Source: Microcoleus sp. (GTDB lineage: Bacteria; Cyanobacteriota; Cyanobacteriia; Cyanobacteriales; Microcoleaceae). Taken from it: a stretch of 64,000 bases of DNA. The stretch covers positions 2,336,001 through 2,400,000 of the forward strand of contig CP181291.1 of NCBI GenBank assembly GCA_052279835.1. Direction: 5' to 3'. Every line of letters starts with the position of its first letter. Within the stretch, counting starts at the first letter, position 1. Position numbers and translations under genes: made by a program. The notes under the pieces are model-generated. The model ran no database searches and was not told the DNA's origin. It worked only from the letters and a program-made list of their open reading frames with translations. This document shows, one piece after another, positions 29,473 to 41,000 of this stretch.

Positions 29473-31167
29473 GTGTTAACGTCTAACCACTCGATAAAAG
29501 TTTTGTTGGTGGAGGATAACCTCGCAGATGCGACTCTGATTGAAGACCTTTTAGGGTCATTCAGTGACGCTACATTTCTTCTTGAAATTGTTAAGTCTAT
29601 GGAGCAGGGAATACAATGTCTGCAAACAGCAGAGTTTGATGCCATACTATTAGATTTGTCCGTGGAAGATTGTTTGGAGGGAAGCGATCCGATCGCGATG
29701 CTGAAAGCCCGATCGCCCACAGTGCCAATTGTGGTACTAACAGATATGAATGATGAACATACGGCACTGTCAGTATTGCGATCGGGCGCTCAAGATTGTT
29801 TGGTGAAGGGCAGATTTCATAGAACTCTTCTGGTGCGGGCAATCCACTATGCGATCGAACGGCAACGCATAGAGGAACAATTGCGACAACAAGCCCAAAG
29901 AGAGCGACTTTTGGCTAAAATGATCGAAAATATTCGCTCGTCCATCGACGCTACAAGTATTCTCCACAGTACCGTGGCAGAAGTACGTCAATTTCTGAAA
30001 ACAGACCGGGTTTTAATTTATCGCTGTCACAATTCTGGGACACCACTCGACAGTGAAGAGCAAAAATGCGAGATTGTCGCAGGTGACGGATTGCCACAAG
30101 GTTATATTGAAAACCAAAATATTTGTTCTGCTTTGGCGGTATCTTGTCTTTTTTTGGCGGAGTCTCAGTCGGTACAAGCAATATCAGATGTGAGTGGGAT
30201 GGAATTGACGGGTAGTTCTAAAAAATTGCTGACTGATTGTGAAATTGCAGCAGTTTTAAGCGTTCCTATCTGGCAATTTGAAGACAAGGAAGCTACCAAG
30301 AAAATATCTTCAGGCTCTAGGGGGGAAGAAGAACAAGAGGAGGATTATACCGAAGATTTAATGACGCTGCTGTGTGGTGGGATACCGCAGGGAATGCTCA
30401 AAAATGAATCTGAGTCTGGCACAGAAAATAAAAATTATTTGTGGGGAACGCTGACAGCATACAATTGTACTGGAGCTAGGCAGTGGCAGGCATGGGAAAT
30501 AGAATTTTTAACACATTTGGCAAATCAAGTGGCGATCGCGATCGAACAATCTGAACTTTACCGCAAGTTAGCAATTGCCAACCAAAAATTGCAGCAACTA
30601 GCAACTACAGACGCACTGACACGGATTGCTAACCGCCGCCAGTTCGATCGAATTTTGATGTTGGAGTGGCGTAGGCTAGCAAGAGAGGAATTGCCGCTGT
30701 CTTTGATCCTGCTTGACATCGACTTTTTTAAATCTTACAACGACTTTTACGGGCATCTTGCCGGCGACGACTGCTTGTATCAAGTGGCTGGGGCGATCGC
30801 CTCTGCTGTCAAGCGGGCTGGAGATTTGCCAGCCCGTTATGGTGGCGAAGAATTTGCCGTACTACTCCCCAACACTGGAGCCGAAGGAGCCCACGTTGTC
30901 GCCCGGACAATTTGCGATCGCCTCGATGCGCTAAAACTCCCCCACGCGCGATCGGAAATCGAGCCCTACGTTACCCTCAGTTGTGGGATTGCTACCACGA
31001 TTCCTGCTCCTGAGCGCTCTCCCGACAGCCTAATTCACAGTGCTGACAGCGCTCTCTATCAAGCTAAAACTGAAGGCAAAAATCGCATTTGTCACGCCAG
31101 CAACAACCCTCACTCCTCGGCTAACAAACCCCCAGATTTATCCCTAGAGTCCGTTTCTTCAATCTGA
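29473..31167 (+). CDS. REC-GAF-GGDEF diguanylate cyclase
   Basis: Receiver, GAF (LKTDRVLIY), DALT, DIDFFKSYND, I-site RAGD and active-site GGEEF. Confidence 0.92.
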   Translation: MLTSNHSIKVLLVEDNLADATLIEDLLGSFSDATFLLEIVKSMEQGIQCLQTAEFDAILLDLSVEDCLEGSDPIAMLKARSPTVPIVVLTDMNDEHTALSVLRSGAQDCLVKGRFHRTLLVRAIHYAIERQRIEEQLRQQAQRERLLAKMIENIRSSIDATSILHSTVAEVRQFLKTDRVLIYRCHNSGTPLDSEEQKCEIVAGDGLPQGYIENQNICSALAVSCLFLAESQSVQAISDVSGMELTGSSKKLLTDCEIAAVLSVPIWQFEDKEATKKISSGSRGEEEQEEDYTEDLMTLLCGGIPQGMLKNESESGTENKNYLWGTLTAYNCTGARQWQAWEIEFLTHLANQVAIAIEQSELYRKLAIANQKLQQLATTDALTRIANRRQFDRILMLEWRRLAREELPLSLILLDIDFFKSYNDFYGHLAGDDCLYQVAGAIASAVKRAGDLPARYGGEEFAVLLPNTGAEGAHVVARTICDRLDALKLPHARSEIEPYVTLSCGIATTIPAPERSPDSLIHSADSALYQAKTEGKNRICHASNNPHSSANKPPDLSLESVSSI

Positions 31168-31201
31168 AATCTCAAATCCCTTCACTGTCTAAAATCTGAA
31201 A

Positions 31202-33676
31202 TCACAAATCTAAAATCGCTTGACGAATCGGTATTTCGATCGCAAATTCTGTCCCCACCCCTAACTGAGAATTACACTCCAAAGTTCCGTGATGTTTTTC
31301 AACTACGATTTCATAACTAATAGCCAATCCCAATCCCGTACCTTTTCCCACAGGTTTCGTAGTAAAAAAAGGATCGAACAACCGCTGCTTTACTGATTCG
31401 GGAATGCCAGTACCGCTATCTGCAAACGTAATTCTCACCCGCTCCTCATCCACAACTTCTGTGTGAATCTTAATTGTATAAACAGAGGATTCAGCATCAG
31501 CGGATTCCAGTTCTTTAGCCTTTTCTTCCAAAGCATCAATCGCATTGCTCAACAAGTTCATAAACACCTGATTTAATTGACCAGAGTAACATTCAACCAA
31601 GGGTAAATCGCCGTACTCTTTAATTAGCGAAATAGTAGCTTGTTCCCGTTTTTGCTTCAAACGGTGAGCCAAAATCATCAAAGTGCTGTCAATGCCTGCA
31701 TGAATATTAACCGCCTTAAATTCTGCTTCGTCAAGGCGAGAAAAAGTCCGTAAAGATTTAACAATTTCCTGAATTCTCTCGGCTCCAACTTCCATGGAAT
31801 CCAACAGCTTCGGCAAATCTTCACGGATAAAATCTAATTCGCATTCTTCAAGTTCTGCCTCAATTTCTGCCGTAGGTTTAGGGTAAGCTACACGGTAAAG
31901 TTCCAGAATTTTTAGCAAATCCTTGGTATAATCTTTGGCATAGGTAATATTACCAAAAATAAAACTGACAGGATTATTGATTTCGTGGGCGACTCCAGCA
32001 ACCAATTGACCCAAGGAAGACATTTTTTCACTTTGGACGAGCTGTGCTTGGGTATTACCCAGAGTGTTAAAAGCTAATTCTAATTCCACTGCTTGTTCTC
32101 TGAGTCTAGCTTCGGATTCTCGCAGTGCCATTTCTGCTGCTGTGCGCTCGGTAACATCGACACCAATTCCCCAAAAATCCCAGCCGGGAACCGAAAATTT
32201 AGCGGAAATATTAGACCAAGCAATTGTTTTTACAGTCCCGTCAGCGGCCTGTATTTCTACTTCTAAATCTCGAAAATTATGTTCGAGTTTGACAACTTCT
32301 TTAAACACTTTTTGGCGGTATTGAAAATCCGGTATTAGTAGTTGTATTGCTTGCTGATTGGCGACCATTTCTGATGTACTGTAACCCAAAACTTGTTCGC
32401 ATTCTCGGTTCCAGACTATGATATTGCGTTCGGCATCAACAGCGCTGAGCATGACTGGCATATTTTCGAGAATTAAGCGTAGCCTTGCTTCACTTTCCCT
32501 GAGAGCTTCTTCAACTCGCGCCCTCTCCGTGATGTCCACAGAAACAGCAATTAATCCTGGAATTTCTCCTTTTTCATCGAAGATTGGGGTGCCACGAGTT
32601 TCGTAAATGTGACCAGAGAATTCGGCGGACCAAATTTTTTCTTCGCCAGCCAAAACCAAATTAATATTTTCGATAATTTGGGGGTACTTTTCGTACAGTC
32701 CGTAAACCGATAAGCCAACTACTTGTGCTGGAACTAATCCTAAAGGTTCTAACCCTTTTCCTTCCGAAAGTGTAAAGATGCCTCGGCGGTCAATGCAAGA
32801 CAAAATTATGGGTGCATTGTTGACAACGGCACGGAGGCGTTTTTGACTCATTTGCAGGGCTAATTCTGCTTGTTTGCGATCGGTAATATCGAGGGCCGCT
32901 CCGAATAATTTGATGACTTCCCCTTGATGGTTTTGGACAATTTGTCCCCAACCGATTAGATATCTCATTTCTCCGTTTAAACGGTAAATGCGGTGGTCAA
33001 TTTCGTAGGGTTGGCGGTGGGCGATGGCGTCGTTTATAGTTTGTTGAAAGCGTTCTCTATCGTTAGGATGAATTTGTTGCACCAGTTCTGGATAACTTGG
33101 TGTTGGTGCGTTTATTTCTAGAGCGTAAATTCTTTTTAATTCATCAGACCAAGTAACTTCGCCAGTAGTGAGGTCGAATTCCCAGTTGCCGATATGGGCA
33201 ACTTTTTGAGTTTCTTCTAATTTTTGCTGGTATTCTAAGAGTTCGTTAGTGGCTTTTTTACGTCCGCTAATATCCGTGGCCGTACCTATAAATCCTTGAA
33301 ATTTACCTGCTGGTGTCAATTTAGGAACTACTGTTTCTTCAATCCACCGATATTCGCCGTCGGCTCTTTTTAGGCGGTATTCTCTCTGGAATTTGCTAGG
33401 GGAATTCCCAGCAGTTGCATATATTTGTTCCCAGCTATCTAAATCTTCGGGGTGGATGTTTTGCGTCCATCCGCGGGCTGAAATTTGTTCCTGACTAAGC
33501 CCTGTAAATTCTGTCCACTGAGAATTAAAGTAATGACAATTGCTATCTGCATCTGCTATCCACAGCATGGTTGGTACTAGATCTGCCCACTCGCGCCAAG
33601 AATTTTCGCCGACATCTGAAAAATTGGCGATCGGGGCTTGTTTGGGTAGTTTAGCTTCCCTGGGAGAACCAGTCAT
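31202..33676 (-). CDS. PASx4 histidine kinase
   Basis: Four PAS/PAC units, [20 protein letters not shown] and [15 protein letters not shown]. Confidence 0.93.
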   Translation of the reverse strand: MTGSPREAKLPKQAPIANFSDVGENSWREWADLVPTMLWIADADSNCHYFNSQWTEFTGLSQEQISARGWTQNIHPEDLDSWEQIYATAGNSPSKFQREYRLKRADGEYRWIEETVVPKLTPAGKFQGFIGTATDISGRKKATNELLEYQQKLEETQKVAHIGNWEFDLTTGEVTWSDELKRIYALEINAPTPSYPELVQQIHPNDRERFQQTINDAIAHRQPYEIDHRIYRLNGEMRYLIGWGQIVQNHQGEVIKLFGAALDITDRKQAELALQMSQKRLRAVVNNAPIILSCIDRRGIFTLSEGKGLEPLGLVPAQVVGLSVYGLYEKYPQIIENINLVLAGEEKIWSAEFSGHIYETRGTPIFDEKGEIPGLIAVSVDITERARVEEALRESEARLRLILENMPVMLSAVDAERNIIVWNRECEQVLGYSTSEMVANQQAIQLLIPDFQYRQKVFKEVVKLEHNFRDLEVEIQAADGTVKTIAWSNISAKFSVPGWDFWGIGVDVTERTAAEMALRESEARLREQAVELELAFNTLGNTQAQLVQSEKMSSLGQLVAGVAHEINNPVSFIFGNITYAKDYTKDLLKILELYRVAYPKPTAEIEAELEECELDFIREDLPKLLDSMEVGAERIQEIVKSLRTFSRLDEAEFKAVNIHAGIDSTLMILAHRLKQKREQATISLIKEYGDLPLVECYSGQLNQVFMNLLSNAIDALEEKAKELESADAESSVYTIKIHTEVVDEERVRITFADSGTGIPESVKQRLFDPFFTTKPVGKGTGLGLAISYEIVVEKHHGTLECNSQLGVGTEFAIEIPIRQAILDL

Positions 33677-33786
33677 AACTTGACAAGGGGTAAGTTGACA
33701 TTTGCTGTTTTTATTGTGACACTGAGATGCAATTTCATGTAAAAAATTATCGGCTTTTCACAACCAATATATCAATCCAAATTTCT

Positions 33787-36279
33787 CTAGGTTAAATTTT
33801 GCTGGACTGGAATTTCTACCAAAAACTCCGAACCCTCTCCCACCGTGGAACTACAGCTCAATTTGCCACCATGTCGATCGACTATAATTGAATGAGAAAT
33901 CGATAGTCCCAAACCAGTCCCCTTACCCACAGGTTTAGTGGTGAAAAATGGGTCAAACAGCCTGGATCTAAAAGATTCTGGTATCCCCCCTCCATTGTCA
34001 GCAATTGATACGGCTACGAAGCCCCCAGCAGTCAAATAAGTGCGAATAGTGATGGTGCTGGGAGGTCGATCGCACTCCTGCATGGTCTCCTGGTTGTTCA
34101 GTTCTTCCAAAGCATCGATCGCATTAATCAAAATATTCATAAATACCTGATTCAACAAACCAGGAAAACATTCCACATTTTGCAGTTCTTGGTAATCTTT
34201 AATTACCCGAATACCCGCAGAGTTGCTGTGAGATTTCAGGCGATTTTGCAAAATCATTAAACTGCTATCAATTCCCTCATGAATATCCACCGACTTCCCA
34301 GCGGATTCGTCTAAGCGAGAAAAGTTGCGGAGGGATTTCACGATTTCTACAATTCGCTCGGTTCCTACTCGCATAGAACTAAAAAGTTTTGGCAAATCTG
34401 CCCTCGCATAATCCAAGTCAATTTCCTGGATTTTTTCCACCACACCCGCAGCCGGATTGGGGTAGTTATCCTGATAGGTTTTAATCAAACTTAACAAGTC
34501 TAAAGTATACCTACGAGCTGGTCCTAAATTGCAGTGAATAAAGCTGATAGGATTATTTATTTCATGAGCTACACCAGCAACTAACTGCCCCAAACTTACC
34601 ATTTTTTCATTTTGCACAAGCTGAGATTGAGTTGTTTTGAGCTGCTTAATTGCTGTTTCTAATTCTATGGCTTTGGAACGTTCTCGCGCTTCCGATTCCT
34701 GCAAAGCAAACTCTGCTTGTTTGCGATCGCTAATATCTTGATGAGTGCCGTTCATCCGCAGTGGTGCGCCCCATTCGTCGTATTCTACTACCTTACCCAA
34801 AGCCATAATCCATTGCCAATTTCCCGATTTATTCAGCATCCTAAATTCAATTTTATAAATATCATTTTCCCCTTCAAAATATGAATTTAAAGCTGCCATC
34901 ACCTTGACTTTATCTTCGGGATGTAGCAAATCTTCCCAAGATTTAACATTATTTTCAATTTCATTTTCTTCATAACCAATCATTGCTTTCCACTGCGAGT
35001 CAAAATAAGTAGCGCCTGTAGCAATATTCCAATCCCACAGCCCCAGGGAGCTGCCAAACACTGCTAATTGCAATCTTTCTTGACTAAGTTTTAAGGCGGA
35101 TTCTGTACGTTTTAGTTCTGTGAGATCGGCAATAATTGCCATCATTCCTATGGGTTGATTACTGCTATCTTTAATGCAATCGGCTCGCAATTGAGTTTCG
35201 ATAATTTCGCCATTTTTAGCTTTGAGTTGGATTTCACCACTCCAGGATAAGCCTTTCCGCAGCACGATAAATAATCTTCTCAATTGTTGATATTTTGCGT
35301 ACATAACTGCGGGTCCGCCATGATTATTTAGTTCCTCAACTGTATAGCCGTAGCGCTGAATAAATGCGAGATTATGATAAATGGAATAACCATCCAGATT
35401 CGCGATCGCGATCGCCTCACTAGCGCTATCTACAGCTTGAGTTACTTGCTGCAAAGTCAATTCAGCTTGTTTGCGATTAGTAATGTCAAACATCACTCCA
35501 TCTCGCCACAAAACTTGCCCTTCTAGATTGTAAGCCGGTCTGCCTCTTTCAGAAATCCACCGCGTCGCCCCATCAGCGCGAACAATCCGGTATTCTAGGT
35601 AGTAAGGCTGTTTTGATGCCACTGCTTCTTTGATTTTGCGATCGAGCATTTCCCGATCTGTATCATGGATAATATCACCAAAACAGAAGTCGCTTCGGGA
35701 CATAAAATCCCCAACAGAATAGCCACTAATTACCTCAATCTCATCGCTGATAAATTCCATCTTACCCCGCACATCGTACTGACAACGGTAGATAGCACCA
35801 GGAATGTTTTTAACTAGCGATCGCAATCTTTCTTCCCTAGTATTTTTTTGCCATTCTGCTTCCCGTCTGTGGCGGACAATAGCGCATTGTAAAGTACGGA
35901 TCAGCAGCCGACTATCTAGTTGTCTTTTCACCAGATAATCTTGGGCACCTGCTGCAAGCAACTCAATGGCTAGTTCTTCGTCATCAGAAGAAGTGAGAAT
36001 GACTATGGGAATATTTATACTATAATTTTGCAGATTTAAAAAAGCATCGAAGCGTTGGCTATCAGGAAGTGAAATGTCTAACAAAATTACATCAAAAACC
36101 CGATTAATTAAATTTTCTATAGCTTCCTGGAGTCCGATAACATGGGTAAAATCGATCGACACTCTCAGATTGCTTTCTAACAACATATTTTGAATGAATT
36201 CCCCATATTCTGCACAATCTTCTACCAGAAGAACGTTCAAATAAGCAGGTATCAAAGTTGAATGAAAAACAGAGCTCAT
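33787..36279 (-). CDS. REC-PASx3 histidine kinase
   Basis: [21 protein letters not shown] receiver, three PAS units, [10 protein letters not shown] and GKGTGLGL. Confidence 0.92.
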   Translation of the reverse strand: MSSVFHSTLIPAYLNVLLVEDCAEYGEFIQNMLLESNLRVSIDFTHVIGLQEAIENLINRVFDVILLDISLPDSQRFDAFLNLQNYSINIPIVILTSSDDEELAIELLAAGAQDYLVKRQLDSRLLIRTLQCAIVRHRREAEWQKNTREERLRSLVKNIPGAIYRCQYDVRGKMEFISDEIEVISGYSVGDFMSRSDFCFGDIIHDTDREMLDRKIKEAVASKQPYYLEYRIVRADGATRWISERGRPAYNLEGQVLWRDGVMFDITNRKQAELTLQQVTQAVDSASEAIAIANLDGYSIYHNLAFIQRYGYTVEELNNHGGPAVMYAKYQQLRRLFIVLRKGLSWSGEIQLKAKNGEIIETQLRADCIKDSSNQPIGMMAIIADLTELKRTESALKLSQERLQLAVFGSSLGLWDWNIATGATYFDSQWKAMIGYEENEIENNVKSWEDLLHPEDKVKVMAALNSYFEGENDIYKIEFRMLNKSGNWQWIMALGKVVEYDEWGAPLRMNGTHQDISDRKQAEFALQESEARERSKAIELETAIKQLKTTQSQLVQNEKMVSLGQLVAGVAHEINNPISFIHCNLGPARRYTLDLLSLIKTYQDNYPNPAAGVVEKIQEIDLDYARADLPKLFSSMRVGTERIVEIVKSLRNFSRLDESAGKSVDIHEGIDSSLMILQNRLKSHSNSAGIRVIKDYQELQNVECFPGLLNQVFMNILINAIDALEELNNQETMQECDRPPSTITIRTYLTAGGFVAVSIADNGGGIPESFRSRLFDPFFTTKPVGKGTGLGLSISHSIIVDRHGGKLSCSSTVGEGSEFLVEIPVQQNLT

Positions 36280-36370
36280 TGGTTAAAATTTAATATAAAA
36301 ATAAGATCGCGCTCGGTTAATAGTTGATAAATTCTGTATGGGCATTGGGCCTAAGAGCTATGATTGTTTA

Positions 36371-36690
36371 GGGGATGACTTTTTCCTTCTTCCTTCCCCC
36401 TTGGCGGGGTAGAGGGGGATGACTTCTTCCTTCTTACTTCCCCCCTTGGGGGGATGACTTCTTCCTTCTTACTTCCCCCCTTGGGGGGGATGACTTCTTT
36501 CTTCTTCCTTCCCCCCTTGGGGGGGATGACTTCTTCCTTCTTGGTTCCCCCCAAGGGGGGGGTAGGGGGGGGTTCTTCTTTCTTCTTCCTTCCCCCCTTG
36601 GCGGGGTAGAGGGGGATGACTTCTTTCTTCTTACTTCCCCCCTTGGGGGGTTCTTCTTCCTTCTTCCTTCTTGCTTCTGCCTCCTTCTGT
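36371..36690. repeat. Tandem array of ~35-46-bp units (GGGGATGACTTCTTCCTTCTTACTTCCCCCCTTGG)
   Basis: About seven to eight imperfect copies combining TTCTTCC heptamers with CCCCCC-TT-GGGGGG palindromes. Confidence 0.88.
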
Positions 36691-36698
36691 CTTCAATC

Positions 36699-37904
36699 TT
36701 ACTGCCGTTTTGGCAACACAACTGTAAATATGCTACCCTTGCCGAGATTACTGCTAATAGCAATCTCGCCCTTAAAAGGTTTTAGCAGTTCAATACAAGT
36801 ATAAAGTCCCAGACCAGTTCCTGTGGGTTCACCCTCTTTTTGTTCCTCGCCTTTAGCTGGTTTTGATGTGTAAAAAGGATCGAATATTTTTGAAAAATCT
36901 TCTGGTGCTATCCCGCATCCCGTATCCGCAATCTCCAGATAAATTTTCGATTCATCTTGTCGAGTCACAATAGTTAGTTCTCGGCTTTTTTTATCCCACA
37001 TAGCATCCATTGCATTATTTATTAAGTTGTAAAATACTTGAGAAATATAGGAATAAATTAAGGGAATATTTTGTATTTTATCGTCATAAAAATATTTTTT
37101 CTTGATTTTATTTTTAAAATACAGATTTCCTTCCAATAGCTGAATCTCTCGCTGCACTAATTCGTTTATATTCACAGGCTGCAAATCTTGCTCTTGCTCC
37201 TTTCTGCTTTTCACCATCAGAGTGTCCATAATCTGATTGACTTTTGTGATGGCTTGTAAAATATACTTAGTGTAACTAAAAAACGAGTAGTCGTTAATTT
37301 TTGTCGCTTTTGTTTCAATGAGATCGACGCTAGTCTGCATAACTTGCAGCGGACTTTTCAGGTTGTGTACCATGCCCTGAGTCAAGCGACCGATGATGGC
37401 AGTTTTTTCTTGGTTGATGAGTTGCTTACTTTTTTGTTCGACAAGTCTTTCCAGATTTTGGTTGAGGTTAGCAAGCTCTGCGTTTTTTTCTTCTAGTTTT
37501 TTTTGTAAACTACGAATAGTCAAGTGAGTTTCAATTCGGCTCAATACTTCTTCGTGCTGGAACGGCTTAGTGATGTAATCAACTGCTCCTGTTTGAAAGC
37601 CTTTTACTTTGTCAAGGGTATCGGAAAGGGCGCTCATAAATATGATGGGAATGTCTTGCGTCGGCGGGTCTGCTTTCAAGCGACGGCAAGTTTCAAACCC
37701 GTCAATTCCCGGCATCATGATATCTAAAAGGATCAGGTCTGGATGGATATATTCAATTTGCTCGATCGCACTTTCGCCGTCCTGGGCTACTAATACCTTA
37801 AACCCATAATTTCTCAACAACTCGAAAAGTACATCCAGATTGGTCTGGTTGTCATCGACAATTAGTATAATGCTTCTTTCGGAATTTTTATCGTTCATAT
37901 TCAA
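36699..37904 (-). CDS. REC-histidine kinase with atypical H-box
   Basis: Receiver (LLDIMMP), H-box GMVHNLKSPL, QVFYNLINNA, DTGCGI and GTGLGL. The likely start is the ATG at 37898. Confidence 0.9.
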   Translation of the reverse strand: MNMNDKNSERSIILIVDDNQTNLDVLFELLRNYGFKVLVAQDGESAIEQIEYIHPDLILLDIMMPGIDGFETCRRLKADPPTQDIPIIFMSALSDTLDKVKGFQTGAVDYITKPFQHEEVLSRIETHLTIRSLQKKLEEKNAELANLNQNLERLVEQKSKQLINQEKTAIIGRLTQGMVHNLKSPLQVMQTSVDLIETKATKINDYSFFSYTKYILQAITKVNQIMDTLMVKSRKEQEQDLQPVNINELVQREIQLLEGNLYFKNKIKKKYFYDDKIQNIPLIYSYISQVFYNLINNAMDAMWDKKSRELTIVTRQDESKIYLEIADTGCGIAPEDFSKIFDPFYTSKPAKGEEQKEGEPTGTGLGLYTCIELLKPFKGEIAISSNLGKGSIFTVVLPKRQ

Positions 37905-38046
37905 GGAAAAAAATCAAGTTGAATAGTATAGTTGTGAATTTTGACTTGTGAAGTGTGACTTGTGAATTAAAATCCCCGTCGAATGATTTTAATTTGTTGG
38001 TCACAATCTTGACTGTCAACTTACAAAGTCTTACATAACTTTAATC

Positions 38047-41000
38047 CTAAGACAAATGTTCCTTCAAAAAAGCTCGCATTTGCTTGATCTGAAATCCCTT
38101 AGCTAGTTGGCGGACGTGGTGAGCGAAAGGCACTAATTTCGGGTCAGAATTTTCAAGTTTAGCAATTTCCTCCAGAATAGCTTCTATATCGCCCATGGCA
38201 CACAGTCTTAACAAAGCCAAGACTGACTCACAGGCGGGAGATGCGATCTTGTCCGCAGCAGCCAAGTCTGATGCTGTTTTTGGGGTTGGAGCTTTGCGTT
38301 TGTTAGCCGATGGTCCTTCTTCGTAAACCCATTCTAGTCCCAAATTAACTCGCAACGATTCTAAAAGCTCGTTGTTTTGAATAGGCTTACTGAGAAAACC
38401 ATTGCAGCCTGCAAGTATGCTCTCTTGCCTGGTAGTCTCATAAACACTAGCAGACAAAGCAAGGATAACCGCATCTTTTAATTCCGGCAAGTGTCGCAGC
38501 CGCCTGGTAGCTTCCCAGCCGTCCATTACTGGCATCAGCAAGTCCATTAAAATTAGATCGGGTTGAAATTCCAGTGCTTTGTGCAAACAGTCTTCGCCGT
38601 CTGTGGCTTCTACAATTTCAAAGCCCAAACGAGAGAGCATTTTATGCAGCATTGCCCGATTTGCTTCGTTGTCGTCTACTACCAACACTTTGCGCTTGAG
38701 GCCGACGAAACCAACAATCCGATGTTTTTCGCGTGGAGAGGGGATTTCTGAACACTGGGCGACGGCGGGCAAATCTATATCTAACCAAAAAATGCTGCCT
38801 ATGCCGGAGGTACTTTCGACGTGAATTTGGCTGCCCATCATGTTTACTATTTTTTGACTGATGGAAAGGCCCAATCCGGTACCTTCCACCACGTTGCTAC
38901 GATCGCCCACTTGATGAAAGGGCAAAAATATTTCTGCTAATTTGTTCTCTCTGATACCAATGCCGCTATCTTCGACTTGAAAGCGGATTTTAGTTGGTGG
39001 TAATTTTGCTAAGTTTGGTGCTTCTGTGGCGTCACCGGGGGCGATGGACTGCTTCTGTGGTTCTAGATTAGGGGTCAAAGTTGCCATTCCATCACGATTT
39101 GCCGCCGTTAAACTGGAATTTATGGAGTTGATGGGACTGGCATATTCAGCGACATTATCCACGTAACCCACTTTCAATGTCACTCCACCATGATCGGTGA
39201 ACTTAACAGCATTGCTGAGCAAATTAATCAAAACTTGTCGGACTCTTTTTTCATCAGCTAAAACGTAGTTAGGCAGAACAGATAGCTCCTCGTAATTAAA
39301 TGCAATTCCTTTTTGATCGGAACGCATCTTAAACAAGTCAACAATGTTTTTGATTAAATTTCTAAAATCTACCTCGCTCACAGACAGTTCCATTTTATTA
39401 GCTTCTATTTTTGCCAGGTCTAAAACATCATTAATCAGCGTCAGTAAGTGGTGGCCACACTGTAGAGCGTTAGTCAGGATATCCAGTTGTTCTGTTGTTA
39501 AATTACGCTCGTTTTTCAGGAGTTGAATGTATCCTAAAATCCCGTTCAAAGGTGTGCGCAATTCGTGGCTCATATTGGCGAGAAAGTCACTTTTAGCACG
39601 GTTGGCAGCTTCGGCGGCTTCTTTTGCTAATTGCAGGGCGGCTTCTGCTTGTTTGCGCTCGGCAATTTCAGTTTGCGCCTTTTGAAACAAAGTAGATTGT
39701 TGGATGGCGATCGCCAACTGCACGGCTAATTGTTGCAGACACTCTGCCTCAAATTTCTGCCAAGGACGGGGGCCAGTGCAGTGGTGGGCAATTAGCAGCC
39801 CCCACAATTTTTCGCCTTGCAAAATCGGTACTACCAGGTTAGCTCTGACGTGCAGATCCGTTAACACATTCAAGTAGCATTCAGCGATACCAGCGTTGTA
39901 AACATCATCTGTAGCTCTAATTCTGCCGTCTTTGTAAAGGTCAACGTAGGCTTCGCCAAAACAGGGGTCGTAAATTTCCCTTCCCGCAATTGCCATGCAA
40001 TCTTCCTTTACCGACTCCACAGCGATAAACCCACTCCAACTAGGAGTAAATTGGTAAATCACTGTGCGGTCTACTTGCAAAAATAGCCGCACTTCTTCCA
40101 CAGTTGTGGTTAAAATTTCTTCTAAGTTTAAAGAAGCCCGAATGCGTTCGAGCATGGAGACTGCTAGTTGCTCCCGATTTAATTGCTGGCGCAAAGTTTC
40201 TTCGACTTTTTTGCGTTCGCTAATATCGGTGATTACTCCCACCGAACCGATAAAATTGCCATTTTCATCTTTTATATTATCGGCTCTCACCAGAGTAGTT
40301 ACTGCTTCACCATTCTTAGTTTTTAGTTCAATTTCATCACTCCATGACAAGCCTGTGCGAATGGTTTTATAGATTTGTTTATAAATTTTAGGTTGGACGT
40401 ACATCACCTCGGCTGCATTGAGCCTGTTGAGTTCTTCCACTGTGTAGCCGTACCGTTGAATGAAGGCTTGGTTGTGGTAAATAGAGCGTCCTTTCAAGTC
40501 GGTAATCGCGATCGCGTCGCTGGTACTTTCAACAGCTTGAGTAACTTTCAACAGCTCTAGTTCTGCTTGTTTGCGATCGCTGATATCAGTCATGGAACCC
40601 ACCATCCGCAGGGGATTTCCGGCTTGGTCCCACACTGCTTGGGCCCTGGCTAGTACCCACTTGTAGCTACCGTCTTTGCATAGCAGACGGTATTCAGAGG
40701 CATAATTCGGAGTTTTGCGATCGAGGTAATCTTGGATAGCAGTTTGCACGCGCCAAGCATCTTCCGGGTGAATTCGCTCAGTCCATTCGGTGTTGTTAGT
40801 GTCAATTTCGGTGTCTGAGTAACCAATAATTTCCTTCCAGCGAGCAGAGCGAAAAACTTCATTAGTTTGGAGGTTAAAATCCCAAATTCCGTCTTGATTT
40901 CCCTTCAGAACTAACTGCCAGCGTTCTTCGCTTTTCCTTAATTCTTCTTCGGCTTGTTTGCGCTGAATATGGGAACCCAATTGAGTGGCTACTGCTTTTA

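Noticed and set aside
36351..36804. ORFs 36351..36554, 36434..36763 and 36616..36804 as proteins, or the array as CRISPR
   Set aside because: They are translations of a low-complexity repeat with no unique spacers.
38990..39170. MITE origin for the ~55-aa insertion in the giant kinase ATPase domain
   Set aside because: No terminal inverted repeats or target duplication are visible; shorter inserts occur at the same position in neighbouring kinases.
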